Assembly (NCBI GenBank): GCA_965116445.1
Contig: OZ220688.1
Span: 1,447,842 to 1,511,841, forward strand
Length of the DNA: 64,000 nucleotides
Origin: Thermoanaerobaculia bacterium
GTDB taxonomy: Bacteria > Acidobacteriota > Thermoanaerobaculia > Multivoradales > Multivoraceae
Reading direction: 5' to 3'
In this document: positions 45,423 to 54,055 of the stretch, one piece after another
Layout: each line of letters begins with the position of its first letter
Numbering within the stretch: position 1 is the stretch's first letter
Program-made: the position numbers and the translations under genes
The notes under the pieces: generated by a model
What the model saw: only the letters and a program-made list of their open reading frames with translations
Told to the model about the DNA's origin: nothing
Databases searched by the model: none

Positions 45423-46274
45423 CTATTCCTCCAACCACGCGTTGAACGTCGGCTTCCGCTTCTCGCGGAACGCCGCGACGCCCTCGCGGGAGTCCGGATG
45501 GTGGTCGCCCATCGGTGTCCGCGCCGCGATGTCCTCGAGCGACTGCTCCCAGGTCTGGTCCGCGGCGTTGTAGAGGCTCCTCTTCAGCAGGCGCATCGCC
45601 ACCTGGGGGCCGTTCGCCAGTTCGCGGGCAAGGTCCAGAGAGCGCGGCATCAGGTCGTCCGGTTCCACGACCTCGTGAACGAGGCCGAGTTCAAGCGCCT
45701 CCGCCGCCTCGACGATCCGGCTGCGCATCAGGAAGTCCATCGTCTTCGGCAGGCCCATCATCTGCAGCAGGAGATAGTGGCCGCCTTCGTCCGGCAGCAG
45801 TCCGAAGCGGAGCGTGCCGCTGCCCATCCGCGCCGCGCTCGAGGCAACCCGGAAGTCGCAACTGAGCGCCAGCGAGAAGCCCGTCTGCACCGCGACTCCG
45901 TTCATCGCGGCGATGGACAGCTTGTCCATGCCTCGAATCGCCGTGTTGATCGGCTGGGAGATCTTGCGCAGCCCGTTGATCGTGCCGAGGACGTTGTCGT
46001 GGCCCCGGTGGATGTCCGGCACCAGGGCCTCGCCGCGCCGACCCTTGTCCTGGCCGCTGATGTCGTCCCCGGCGGAGAACGCCCGGCCGCTGCCAGCAAA
46101 GAGCAGAACCCGCACGGAGTCTTCCATCGCCGCCTGGGTCAGCGTCTCCAGCAAGTCCCGCTTCATCGGCGCGTCCATGCCGTTCAGCCGGTCCGGCCGG
46201 TTGAAGGTGATCACGAGGATCCCCGGATCCTCCACGGAAACCTCAAAGCCCCTGAACTCGCCCGTCCGGATCAT
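45423..46274 (-). CDS. Enoyl-CoA hydratase/isomerase family protein
   Basis: ITFNRPDRLN, GRAFSAGDD, ALSCDFR, GLLPDEGG, EGVAAFREKRKP.F. Confidence 0.92.
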   Translation of the reverse strand: MIRTGEFRGFEVSVEDPGILVITFNRPDRLNGMDAPMKRDLLETLTQAAMEDSVRVLLFAGSGRAFSAGDDISGQDKGRRGEALVPDIHRGHDNVLGTINGLRKISQPINTAIRGMDKLSIAAMNGVAVQTGFSLALSCDFRVASSAARMGSGTLRFGLLPDEGGHYLLLQMMGLPKTMDFLMRSRIVEAAEALELGLVHEVVEPDDLMPRSLDLARELANGPQVAMRLLKRSLYNAADQTWEQSLEDIAARTPMGDHHPDSREGVAAFREKRKPTFNAWLEE

Positions 46275-46448
46275 GCCTGCCCGCTCCTTCCCGTGCCGTC
46301 GTTGGTAGGTGAGAGCCGGCGATTGTGGCATAGCAGTGACCCAGCCGAACCCGACCGAGCGGGCCTGCACCGTGCTACCGTCCGCCGACCGGAATCGGGC
46401 CCGGTCCAGGGCCCTCTCAAGATCAGCACTCAGGAGAACGATCCACCG

Positions 46449-46823
46449 ATGAGAAGGCTCACCATTGGACTCTCCGCATGCGCCCTGGCCGCGACCCTTC
46501 TGTCGACGGCCCTGTTCGCATCCGGTTCCATCGCCGCCGGCAAGGGGATGAATCCTCGCGACGCGTACACCATGGGCAAGGCCCTGACTTTCCAGAAGCT
46601 CGTCTGCGCGTCCTGTCCGCTGCAGAAGCGGGATCTCGACCGGGACCGCGCCCAGAGCCTGAAGAACAGTCTCGAGGCCCGGGACGAAACGACGAAGCCC
46701 GGCACGGCGGACGACGAGCACATCGGCGTGCTCTGCCCCGGCGCCGGCGCCGCCGGCTGCGAAGGCAAGCCGGACGAGCAGGAACTCGTCCACTTCTACC
46801 TGACCCGGCGCTACAAGCTGTAG
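46449..46823 (+). CDS. Small secreted Cys-containing protein with a cytochrome-c-like pattern (CxxCP)
   Basis: Signal peptide; Y..GKAL..QKLVCASCP; C-terminal ELVHFYLTRRYKL; AGGAG RBS. Confidence 0.75.
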   Translation: MRRLTIGLSACALAATLLSTALFASGSIAAGKGMNPRDAYTMGKALTFQKLVCASCPLQKRDLDRDRAQSLKNSLEARDETTKPGTADDEHIGVLCPGAGAAGCEGKPDEQELVHFYLTRRYKL

Positions 46824-46839
46824 GAAGGGAAGAACGACG

Positions 46840-47745
46840 ATGCCCCGCAATACCCGCACCAGCGGGAAGGCGTCCGTGCGCCTCCCGGTCCATGCCGTGA
46901 TCCTCCTTGCCACCGCGCTGTCGGCGGCCCCTGTCCTCGGCCAGGCGTCGCCCTGGCTTCCCGCCCCCGGCGCCGGGGACATCACCGTGTCCTATGTTTC
47001 CCAGGAAGCGACCGAGTTCTACCGCCAGACCGAGAAGAGGCCGACCCCCGGCGGCGGCAACAACCTCGAGCAACAGACGCTGTGGGTCACCGGGCGCTAC
47101 GGCCTGTCCGACGCCTGGGCGCTCGACCTGCGGGTAGGCACGGCCGAGAGCACGTTTCCGGCGGGGCCGATGGCGCCGTTCCCGCCGAAGGAGAACCTGA
47201 GCGGACTCGTCGACCTCTCGGCCGGCGTCGTCTGGCGGATGTCGGACGAGCTGACCGGCAGCGGGGCGACCACGGCCCTGCGGGTCGGCGCGATCATCGC
47301 CGGCGACTACACGACCGGCTACATCAGCTCCCTGGGCGACGGCGGCGACGGCGCGGAGTTGTCCTTCATCGTCGGCAAGCTCGTCGGCGACCGCGGCGCC
47401 CTGTCCGCCGAACTCGGCTACCGGCACCGCAACAGCAACGTCCCCGCGGACACCTTCCTGAACCTCTCCGCAGGCGTGGCGATGGGCGCGGGCACGAGCC
47501 TCAGCCTGGACTACCGGATGGTCGACGCCGAGTCCTCGGGGCTCGACATCGGCGTGCCGCCCTTCTCGCCGGCCCGTTTCCCGGAACTCGAGGAGGACAT
47601 CCAGCTCCTGATCGGCACGTTGAGCTTCAGCCTGACGGACACGACGAACCTCGGCGTGTCCTACGGCGCCGTCCTCGACGGTCGCAACACGGCGGCCAGC
47701 GACATCGTCAGCGTCTCCGTCGGCTTCTCGTTCGACACGTACTGA
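46840..47745 (+). CDS. Outer-membrane beta-barrel protein (putative channel)
   Basis: Signal peptide, alternating amphipathic strands, C-terminal VSVSVGFSFDTY. Confidence 0.78.
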   Translation: MPRNTRTSGKASVRLPVHAVILLATALSAAPVLGQASPWLPAPGAGDITVSYVSQEATEFYRQTEKRPTPGGGNNLEQQTLWVTGRYGLSDAWALDLRVGTAESTFPAGPMAPFPPKENLSGLVDLSAGVVWRMSDELTGSGATTALRVGAIIAGDYTTGYISSLGDGGDGAELSFIVGKLVGDRGALSAELGYRHRNSNVPADTFLNLSAGVAMGAGTSLSLDYRMVDAESSGLDIGVPPFSPARFPELEEDIQLLIGTLSFSLTDTTNLGVSYGAVLDGRNTAASDIVSVSVGFSFDTY

Positions 47746-47920
47746 TCGGGGCGGGCGAGGCGGACTCTTCTTCGCGGACTAGGCGCTCAAGTTTCAAGTA
47801 CACGAACGCACTTCATCTTGGCCGCCCACTGGGTAATGGGATGGTCCGCCCCGCACCCTTACGGCCTCTCGTTGGGGCCAGAATGGTGTTTTCTTCCGAA
47901 CAACAAGGAGGAGGCGGACC

Positions 47921-48982
47921 GTGAAGGAGGTTACTCGAGTCGGTATCGATCTGGGCAAGCATGTGTACCAGGTGTGCGGGATGGACGCGTCGGGCGCGGT
48001 GGTGTTTCAGCGTCAGTTGAAGGCACCGCGGCTGATGGAGTTGATGTCGCGGCTCAAGCCGTGCCTGGTGGGGATGGAGGCGAGCTGCGGCGCGCACCAC
48101 TGGGTGGAGAAGCTGAGGGATCTGGGCCACGACGTGCGGATGATGAGTCCGCAGTTTGTCCGTCCGTACGTGAAGTCGAACAAGAGCGACTACCACGACG
48201 CGGAGGCGATCTGCGAGGCGGTGTCGCGTCCGACGATGCGTTTCGTGCCTTACAAGACGAAGGAGCGCCGGGCGCTGCAGCAGATCCACCGAAGTCGGGA
48301 GACGATGGTTGGTGTGCGCACGCAGTTGGCGAACCAGTTACGTGGTTTTCTGCGGGAGTACGGGATCGTGCTGCCTCAGGGTCTGGCGGTGATCAAGCGG
48401 GAGGTGCCTGCGATCGCGTCGGACCCGGAGCGGGCCCTGCCGGGCGACTTTCGGGCTCTCTTGTGCATGCAGCACCAGGCGCTGATGCAGGTCGACGATC
48501 AGGTGGCGGATCTGACGGCGATGCTGGAGCGGGAGTCGAAGGAGAACCCCCTGTCCGAGCGTTTGATGTCGATCCCGGGGATCGGTCCGATGGTGTCGAC
48601 GGCGCTGGTGGCGTCGGTCGGCTCGGGCTGGGCCTTCAGCAGCGGCCGTCAGATGTCGGCGTTTCTCGGGCTGGTGCCTCGTCAGGCATCGACCGGCGGG
48701 CACACGAGGCTGTTGGGGATCAGCAAACGCGGGGACCGCTACATGCGGGCGCTTCTGATCCACGGTGCGCGGGCGGTGCTGCGCACAGCCCACAAGGGCG
48801 AGCGGACGCGGCTCAAGGAATGGGCTCTGGACGTCAAGCGGCGCCGGGGGGCGAACGTCGCCACGGTGGCCGTGGCCAACAAGCTGGCTCGAATCGCCTG
48901 GGCGGTGCTGCGACACGACGAACGCTACAGCGACGAACGCCATGTCGGCGGTCGAGCAAGGGACTCACGGGCCGCGGCGTAG
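47921..48982 (+). CDS. IS110-family DEDD transposase/recombinase
   Basis: GIDLGK (D), MEASCG (E), KSDYHDAEAI (D,D), IPGIG, LGLVPRQASTGG (catalytic Ser region), A.VAVANKLARI; AAGGAGGAGG RBS. Confidence 0.97.
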   Translation: MKEVTRVGIDLGKHVYQVCGMDASGAVVFQRQLKAPRLMELMSRLKPCLVGMEASCGAHHWVEKLRDLGHDVRMMSPQFVRPYVKSNKSDYHDAEAICEAVSRPTMRFVPYKTKERRALQQIHRSRETMVGVRTQLANQLRGFLREYGIVLPQGLAVIKREVPAIASDPERALPGDFRALLCMQHQALMQVDDQVADLTAMLERESKENPLSERLMSIPGIGPMVSTALVASVGSGWAFSSGRQMSAFLGLVPRQASTGGHTRLLGISKRGDRYMRALLIHGARAVLRTAHKGERTRLKEWALDVKRRRGANVATVAVANKLARIAWAVLRHDERYSDERHVGGRARDSRAAA

Positions 48983-49054
48983 ACGGCTCGGGGAACAGCG
49001 AACCAACGATAGGAGAATCGCCCCACCAAGCAGTTTGCGGGGACTCATTCGAGC

Positions 49055-49215
49055 GATGGCGAAACAGGTCGGACCGGCGCGTTGAGAAGCCTGAGTCGGC
49101 GCAGGGCCCATCAAGAGGCCGTCTGGGTGTGAAGAGGCCGACGCGCGCGTATTCCATCGGGGCCAGGGAGCTCTCTCTCAGAGACTCCCACCAACAGGCC
49201 GAATACATGCAAGCA
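49055..49215 (+). ncRNA. Putative bridge RNA / seekRNA of the IS1111-type element
   Basis: Nested stems 49077-84/49139-46, 49089-92/49135-38 and 49105-08/49117-20 enclose CGGCGCA (49097-49103) and CTGGGTG (49123-49129), which match the two halves of the insertion target. A second hairpin (49161-49200) is flanked by TTCCAT and ATACAT, resembling the IS ends. Boundaries approximate. Confidence 0.82.
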
Positions 49216-49251
49216 ACTGCACCTACCTCGCCAGAAACCCGGAAAGAGCCC

Positions 49252-49277
49252 TTGCACAAGCGGGGCGGACCATACAT
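49252..49277 (+). promoter_or_regulatory. Outward -35 (TTGCAC) that forms a sigma70 promoter with the left end on circularisation
   Basis: The predicted circle junction reads TTGCAC-N17-CATAAT. Confidence 0.75.
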
Positions 49278-49340
49278 GCGCCGGCCTTCTGGCCGGCATC
49301 CGCTCCGGCCTGCCAGGAGCGCGCGCGGCAGGAGGCGACG

Positions 49341-50600
49341 CTAGTCGCCGACGCTGACCAGGACGATGCAGTCGGCCAGCAGGCCGGTCGCCGTTTCGAT
49401 CTCGCCCAGGGCCGGCAGCGTCGGAGCGATGCGGATGTTCCGGTCCTGCGGGTCGAGGCCGTAGGGGAAGGTGGCGCCGGCGGGCGTCAACTTGACTCCT
49501 GCTTCACCCGCCATCTCGACCACCGCGCGGGCACAACCGGGCTCCGTGTCCAGGCTGACGAAGTAGCCGCCGCGAGGCTGGCTCCAGGAGGCGATCCCAA
49601 GGCCGCCAAGGCGCTCGTCGAGCACGCGCAGGACGGCCTCGAACTTCGGCCGGATCAGGTCCGCGTGTCCCTTCATGTGGTCCCGCACCGCGGCGACCGA
49701 GCCGTCGAAGAAGTGCGCGTGCGCCAGCTGGTTCAGCTTGTTCGGGCCGATCGTCTGAATCTGTCGGAACGCCCGGATCCAGTCGCCGTTCGCGGGACTC
49801 GCCGCGACGGCAGCCAGGCCCGAGCCACCGAACGTGACCTTGGAGAACGACGACACGAGCAACGCCCGATCCTCGTTGGCGTGGGCCGCACAGCGGCCGT
49901 AGAGGCTGGCCAGCCGGTCCGGCTCGCCGTCGAAGGCGTGCAGCGCGTAGGCATCGTCCCAGATGACCCGGAAGTCCGGCGCCGCCGTCGGCATCGAAGC
50001 GATCGCCTCGACCACATCGTCCGAGTAGGTGACCCCGGTCGGATTGCTGTAGCGCGGCACGCAGAACATGCCCTTCACGTTCCGGTCCGAGCCCGCTAGG
50101 CGCGCGACTTCGTCCATGTCGGGGCCGTCGTCGCCCATCGCGACGTTCAGCATCTCGATGCCGTAGCGCTCGAGCACGGCGAAGTGGCGGTCGTAGCCGG
50201 GACAGGGACAGAGGAACTTGACCGGCGTCGATCGCCCGGGGCCACCCCAGGGATCGCCACCGGGGACTCCCACCAGCATCGCCTGCGCGACGATGTCGTG
50301 CATCCACTGGAGGCTGGCGTTGCCGCCGACGAAGACCAGGTCGGGATCGACGCCCAGAATCTCGCCGAAGATCGCGCGCAGCTCCGGCAGACCATGGGGA
50401 TCTCCGCCGTAGTTCCGGCAGTCCGTGCCGTCGGCGGCGGGATCGTCCTCCCGCGCCACTGCCGCCAGCAGGCCGTGCGAGCGGGCAAGCTGCTCCGGCG
50501 ACGGCTTGCCGCGGGTCATGTCGAGGCTGAGACCGGCCGCCTGAGCCGCCGCATAGCGGGCCCGCGCCGCCTCGACTACTGCCGGGTCAACAGCCGCCAC
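49341..50600 (-). CDS. PLP-dependent aminotransferase class I/II (actinobacterial AspAT-like)
   Basis: LDMTRGKP, D.RNYG, PGYDRHF, YSNPTG, WDDAY, SKVTF, GGYF, NIRIAPT. Confidence 0.92.
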   Translation of the reverse strand: MAAVDPAVVEAARARYAAAQAAGLSLDMTRGKPSPEQLARSHGLLAAVAREDDPAADGTDCRNYGGDPHGLPELRAIFGEILGVDPDLVFVGGNASLQWMHDIVAQAMLVGVPGGDPWGGPGRSTPVKFLCPCPGYDRHFAVLERYGIEMLNVAMGDDGPDMDEVARLAGSDRNVKGMFCVPRYSNPTGVTYSDDVVEAIASMPTAAPDFRVIWDDAYALHAFDGEPDRLASLYGRCAAHANEDRALLVSSFSKVTFGGSGLAAVAASPANGDWIRAFRQIQTIGPNKLNQLAHAHFFDGSVAAVRDHMKGHADLIRPKFEAVLRVLDERLGGLGIASWSQPRGGYFVSLDTEPGCARAVVEMAGEAGVKLTPAGATFPYGLDPQDRNIRIAPTLPALGEIETATGLLADCIVLVSVGD

Positions 50601-50604
50601 GCTC

Positions 50605-51789
50605 CTACTCCCCCGCCGCGGACGCCGCGTCGTAGGTGATCCGGTAGATCACGCCCCGCATGTCGTCCGAGACGAGGAGCGATCCGTCGGCGCGCTCCAT
50701 CACGTCGACCGGCCGGCCCCAAGAGTCCTCCCCCTGTAGCCAGCCGGTGGCGAACTCCTCGTACTCCGTGGCGTGGCCGTCGCCGTCGACATGGACGACC
50801 ATGACCCGGTAGCCGATCTTGTTGCTGCGGTTCCACGACCCGTGCTCGGCGATGAAGATCTGCCCGTGGTAGCGCGCCGGGAACGCATCGCCACGGTAGA
50901 AGCGCATGCCCACCGCCGCCACGTGAGGGTCGAGGTCGAGAGCCGGCGGCACGAGTTCACCACACGGACGCTCGTCGCCGAAGTCCGGGTCGGCGATGTC
51001 CTGGCCGTGGCAGTAGGGGTAGCCGAAGTGCTGGCCATCTGCCGTCAGCACGTTGAGTTCGTCGGGCGGCACGTCGTCACCCATCATGTCCCGCCCGTTG
51101 TCGGTGAACCACAGCTCGCTGGTGCCCGGGCGCCAGTCGAAACCGACCGTGTTGCGAACGCCCCGCGCCACGACCTCGTAGGCCCCTTCGTCGTCCAGGC
51201 GCAGGATTGTGGCGAAGGGATCGCCCTCGTCGCAGACGTTGCACGGCGCGCCCACGGGGACGTAGAGCCGGCCGTCCGGGCCGAAGCGGATGAACTTCCA
51301 GCCATGGTGGGTCTTGTCCGGCAGATTCGCGGTGATGACAACCGGCTCCGGCGGCGAGTCGAGCCGCGCCTCGATGTCCTCGAAGCGGAGCACGCGGCTG
51401 ATCTCGGCAACGTAGAGATCGCCATCGTGGAAGGCAACGCCGTTGGGCCAGTTCAAATCGGAGCCGATGGGATGACGGCGGTCGGCCTTTCCGTCGCCGT
51501 TCTGATCCACGACTGCGTGGACGACGCCGCCGCCACGCCGTCCGGTTCCCACAAAGACGGTCCCGGACGGGCTTTGCGCGAGGGACCGCGCGACGTCGAC
51601 GCCGGAAGCGAACACGTCGATTGAGAACCCGGCCGGCAGTTCGACCTTCTCCAACTGGACCTCGGGGTCATCAGCCGCGAAGGCCGTGCCGGAGACAAGG
51701 GCCAGGACCGAAACGATCAGGGCGAAGCGAGGGAGTGTCCTTCGCGAAGACACACGGCCCCGCGGTTCAGGGGACGCAGAGCGAAGCAT
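50605..51789 (-). CDS. PQQ-dependent sugar / L-sorbosone dehydrogenase family protein
   Basis: LP.GF....FA, PNGVAF, HHGWKFIRFGPDG.LYVPVGAPCN, RNTVGFDW, HGSWNR, GRPVDV. Confidence 0.92.
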   Translation of the reverse strand: MLRSASPEPRGRVSSRRTLPRFALIVSVLALVSGTAFAADDPEVQLEKVELPAGFSIDVFASGVDVARSLAQSPSGTVFVGTGRRGGGVVHAVVDQNGDGKADRRHPIGSDLNWPNGVAFHDGDLYVAEISRVLRFEDIEARLDSPPEPVVITANLPDKTHHGWKFIRFGPDGRLYVPVGAPCNVCDEGDPFATILRLDDEGAYEVVARGVRNTVGFDWRPGTSELWFTDNGRDMMGDDVPPDELNVLTADGQHFGYPYCHGQDIADPDFGDERPCGELVPPALDLDPHVAAVGMRFYRGDAFPARYHGQIFIAEHGSWNRSNKIGYRVMVVHVDGDGHATEYEEFATGWLQGEDSWGRPVDVMERADGSLLVSDDMRGVIYRITYDAASAAGE

Positions 51790-51836
51790 GTAGTAACTCC
51801 TTGAGTTGATTGGGCTCAGGTCGATCCAACGACCGG

Positions 51837-52298
51837 TCAGGAAAAGACGCGGGGCTCGAATCCCGGCTCGTTCAGGAGGCTGGCGCTGCTTCCGGTCGCG
51901 CGGATGACGAACAGCCCGCTGCGTTCCGCGTACTTCGTCACCGACTCGGCGCCGTCCAGGTACGCCACGGCGCCCAGGATTCGCCTGCCGCTGTACTCCG
52001 CGCACCAGTCCAGGAACTCCGACAGCTTGGACAGGAACTTCGTCACGCCCTCGGACCGCAGCGTCGTCTTCACCTCCACGACGACGACCTCACGGCCGTT
52101 CACCGCCAGGAGGTCGACCTCGATGGCCCGCCTGTGGTCCTCCACTGCTCGGGCTTCGTTCTCCAGCGCCCGGGCTTCGGTCTCCGCCGCCCGGGCAGCC
52201 GTCTCACGGAGGAGCGCGCCGACCGCCTCCAGGTTCTCCCGGATGCCCTCAAGACCGGAGGGATCAGCCGGCGTCGATGGCGTGTCATGGGTCGTCAT
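51837..52298 (-). CDS. PD-(D/E)xK nuclease-like protein (DUF3782-like), possibly internally deleted
   Basis: Short coiled coil, then EVDLLAVNG..VVVVEVKTTL, GAVAYL, GLFVIRATG; AAGGAG RBS. Confidence 0.72.
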   Translation of the reverse strand: MTTHDTPSTPADPSGLEGIRENLEAVGALLRETAARAAETEARALENEARAVEDHRRAIEVDLLAVNGREVVVVEVKTTLRSEGVTKFLSKLSEFLDWCAEYSGRRILGAVAYLDGAESVTKYAERSGLFVIRATGSSASLLNEPGFEPRVFS

Positions 52299-52451
52299 GT
52301 CAGTCTTCTTCTCCTTGCTTCAGGGGATGCCTCCGATCGGAGACATCCACAGGAGCGAGGCACGCCGGTGGCGGCAGAGTGCCGGCAAGGGGACCAAAGC
52401 GTATCCCGATCCCGGCTCCGCAGCGATCGTTGAGGGCTCTCTCCTTCGCCG

Positions 52452-54044
52452 TCAACCGGTGTCCGCCACCGATTCTTCGCAGGCGGCCGGGAAGGCCCTG
52501 GCGTCCGTAATCGCCGTGGCGGGCTGTTCGAGGTCGTTCCGGTACTCCTTGACGGCGCCTGTCGCCGTATCCCTTACCCGGATCGCGTAACCCCGATCCG
52601 TCGTCGAGGCGCCGTACACCCAGTAGTGGTCGTTGACCGTACAGCCGTCCAGCACCTTGATCAGGATCTCCCAGTTCTCGGCATCGAAAAACCAGAACAG
52701 GCCGGAGTCCTTCGTTGCCTCCGGCACGACCAGGGCCGAACCGGTCTCCCCGTCGCCAGTCCACCACTCCACTCGAACTTCGTAGCGGCCGTCGTGCAGG
52801 CAGAGCGTCTCCGCGCTCAACCTGCAGGGCCCGTCGGCCGGAGGCGGCTCGGGATCGGGGTCCGGCTCGGGATCAGGGTCGGGGTCCGGATCGGGCTCGG
52901 GATCCGGCTCCGGGTTGGGCCCGGACTCATGTTCGAACCGATAGACGGCTCCGAGCCGGTCGTCCGAGACGAGCAACGAGCCGTCGGCACGTACCATCAC
53001 GTCGACCGGCCTCCCCCAGGCCGAACCGTTCCGAAGCCAGCCGGTGGCGAACTCTTCGTAGGCCGTGGGCCGCCCGGCGCCGTTCAGCCGAACCACCATC
53101 ACCCGGTAACCGATCGGATCGGTCCGGTTCCACGAGCCGTGTTCCGCGATGAAGATCTGGCCCCGGTACTTCTGCGGAAACGCGTCGCCCGTGTAGAAGC
53201 GCATGCCCAGAGCCGCCACGTGCGGGCCGAGTTCCTGCGCCGGAGGCCGGAACTCGGAACAGGCACGGAGCGAGCCGAACTCCGGATCGGAGATGTTCCG
53301 GCCGTGACAGAAGGGATATCCGAAGTGCTGGCCGTGCGAGGTCAGCACGTTGAGTTCGTCCGGAGGCCGGTTGTCACCCAGCCAGTCGCGACCGTTGTCC
53401 GTGAACCACAGCCGCCCCGTCCCGGGATGCCAGTCGAAGCCGACCGTGTTGCGGACGCCCCGCGCCACGATCTCGTAGCTGCCGTCGCTGGCCATCCGCA
53501 GGATGGCGTTGTACGGGTCGGCTTCGTTGCAGATGTTGCACGGCGCACCCACCGGCACATAGAGCCGCCCGTCGGGCCCGAAGCGGATGAACTTCCAACC
53601 GTGGTGCGCGTCGGTCGGAAGCCGGTCGGTGACGACGAACGGTTGCGGAGGCGAGTCCAGTCGGTTCTCGATGCCGTCGTACCGGAGTATCCGGCTGATC
53701 TCGGCCACGTAGAGGCTTCCGTTTCGAAAGGCGACTCCGTTCGGCGAGTTCAGACCCGATGCGACGACGTACCTCTCATCCGCGACGCCGTCGCCGTCGG
53801 AATCGATCAGGGCATGGACCCTGCCAACCTGGCGCGTGCCGACGAACACCGTGCCGCCCGGGCTCTGCGCGAGCGACCGGGCGCCGGTGACACCCTCGGC
53901 GAAGAAGCCGACAGAGAACCCGTCCGGCAGCTCGATCTCGGACAACCTCGACACCTGGGCGTCACCCAGGCCGGCGCCAACCAGCGAAGCAACCAGCGCG
54001 ATCTGCAAGCTCAGCCTGGGGCCAGCGGGGACCGAACGAACCAC
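52452..54044 (-). CDS. PQQ-dependent sugar / sorbosone dehydrogenase with PE/PD linker and extra C-terminal domain
   Basis: Paralog of 50605-51789, then PNPEPDPEPDPD... and LCLHDGRYEV...SGLFWFFDAENWEILIKVLDGC..N..YWVY; start uncertain. Confidence 0.9.
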   Translation of the reverse strand: MVRSVPAGPRLSLQIALVASLVGAGLGDAQVSRLSEIELPDGFSVGFFAEGVTGARSLAQSPGGTVFVGTRQVGRVHALIDSDGDGVADERYVVASGLNSPNGVAFRNGSLYVAEISRILRYDGIENRLDSPPQPFVVTDRLPTDAHHGWKFIRFGPDGRLYVPVGAPCNICNEADPYNAILRMASDGSYEIVARGVRNTVGFDWHPGTGRLWFTDNGRDWLGDNRPPDELNVLTSHGQHFGYPFCHGRNISDPEFGSLRACSEFRPPAQELGPHVAALGMRFYTGDAFPQKYRGQIFIAEHGSWNRTDPIGYRVMVVRLNGAGRPTAYEEFATGWLRNGSAWGRPVDVMVRADGSLLVSDDRLGAVYRFEHESGPNPEPDPEPDPDPDPDPEPDPDPEPPPADGPCRLSAETLCLHDGRYEVRVEWWTGDGETGSALVVPEATKDSGLFWFFDAENWEILIKVLDGCTVNDHYWVYGASTTDRGYAIRVRDTATGAVKEYRNDLEQPATAITDARAFPAACEESVADTG

Positions 54045-54055
54045 GGTCCCGCAAG

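Larger units (their letters stand above)
47834..49277 (+). mobile_element. Complete IS110-family, IS1111-type insertion sequence
   Basis: Perfect 14-bp sub-terminal IRs ATGGTCCGCCCCGC (47841-47854) and GCGGGGCGGACCAT (49260-49273); ends TAATGGG and ACAT; long 3' non-coding region; no TSD; excision restores a REP-like repeat. Confidence 0.95.

Noticed and set aside
47827-49285. Target-site duplication or a longer ATG core for the IS
   Set aside because: No flanking direct repeat; only the single-T crossover restores the REP and yields the 10-bp IR spacer.
52845-52925. Short tandem repeats as a non-coding element
   Set aside because: They encode the PE/PD linker of the dehydrogenase (likewise 9320-9365 in the peptidase).
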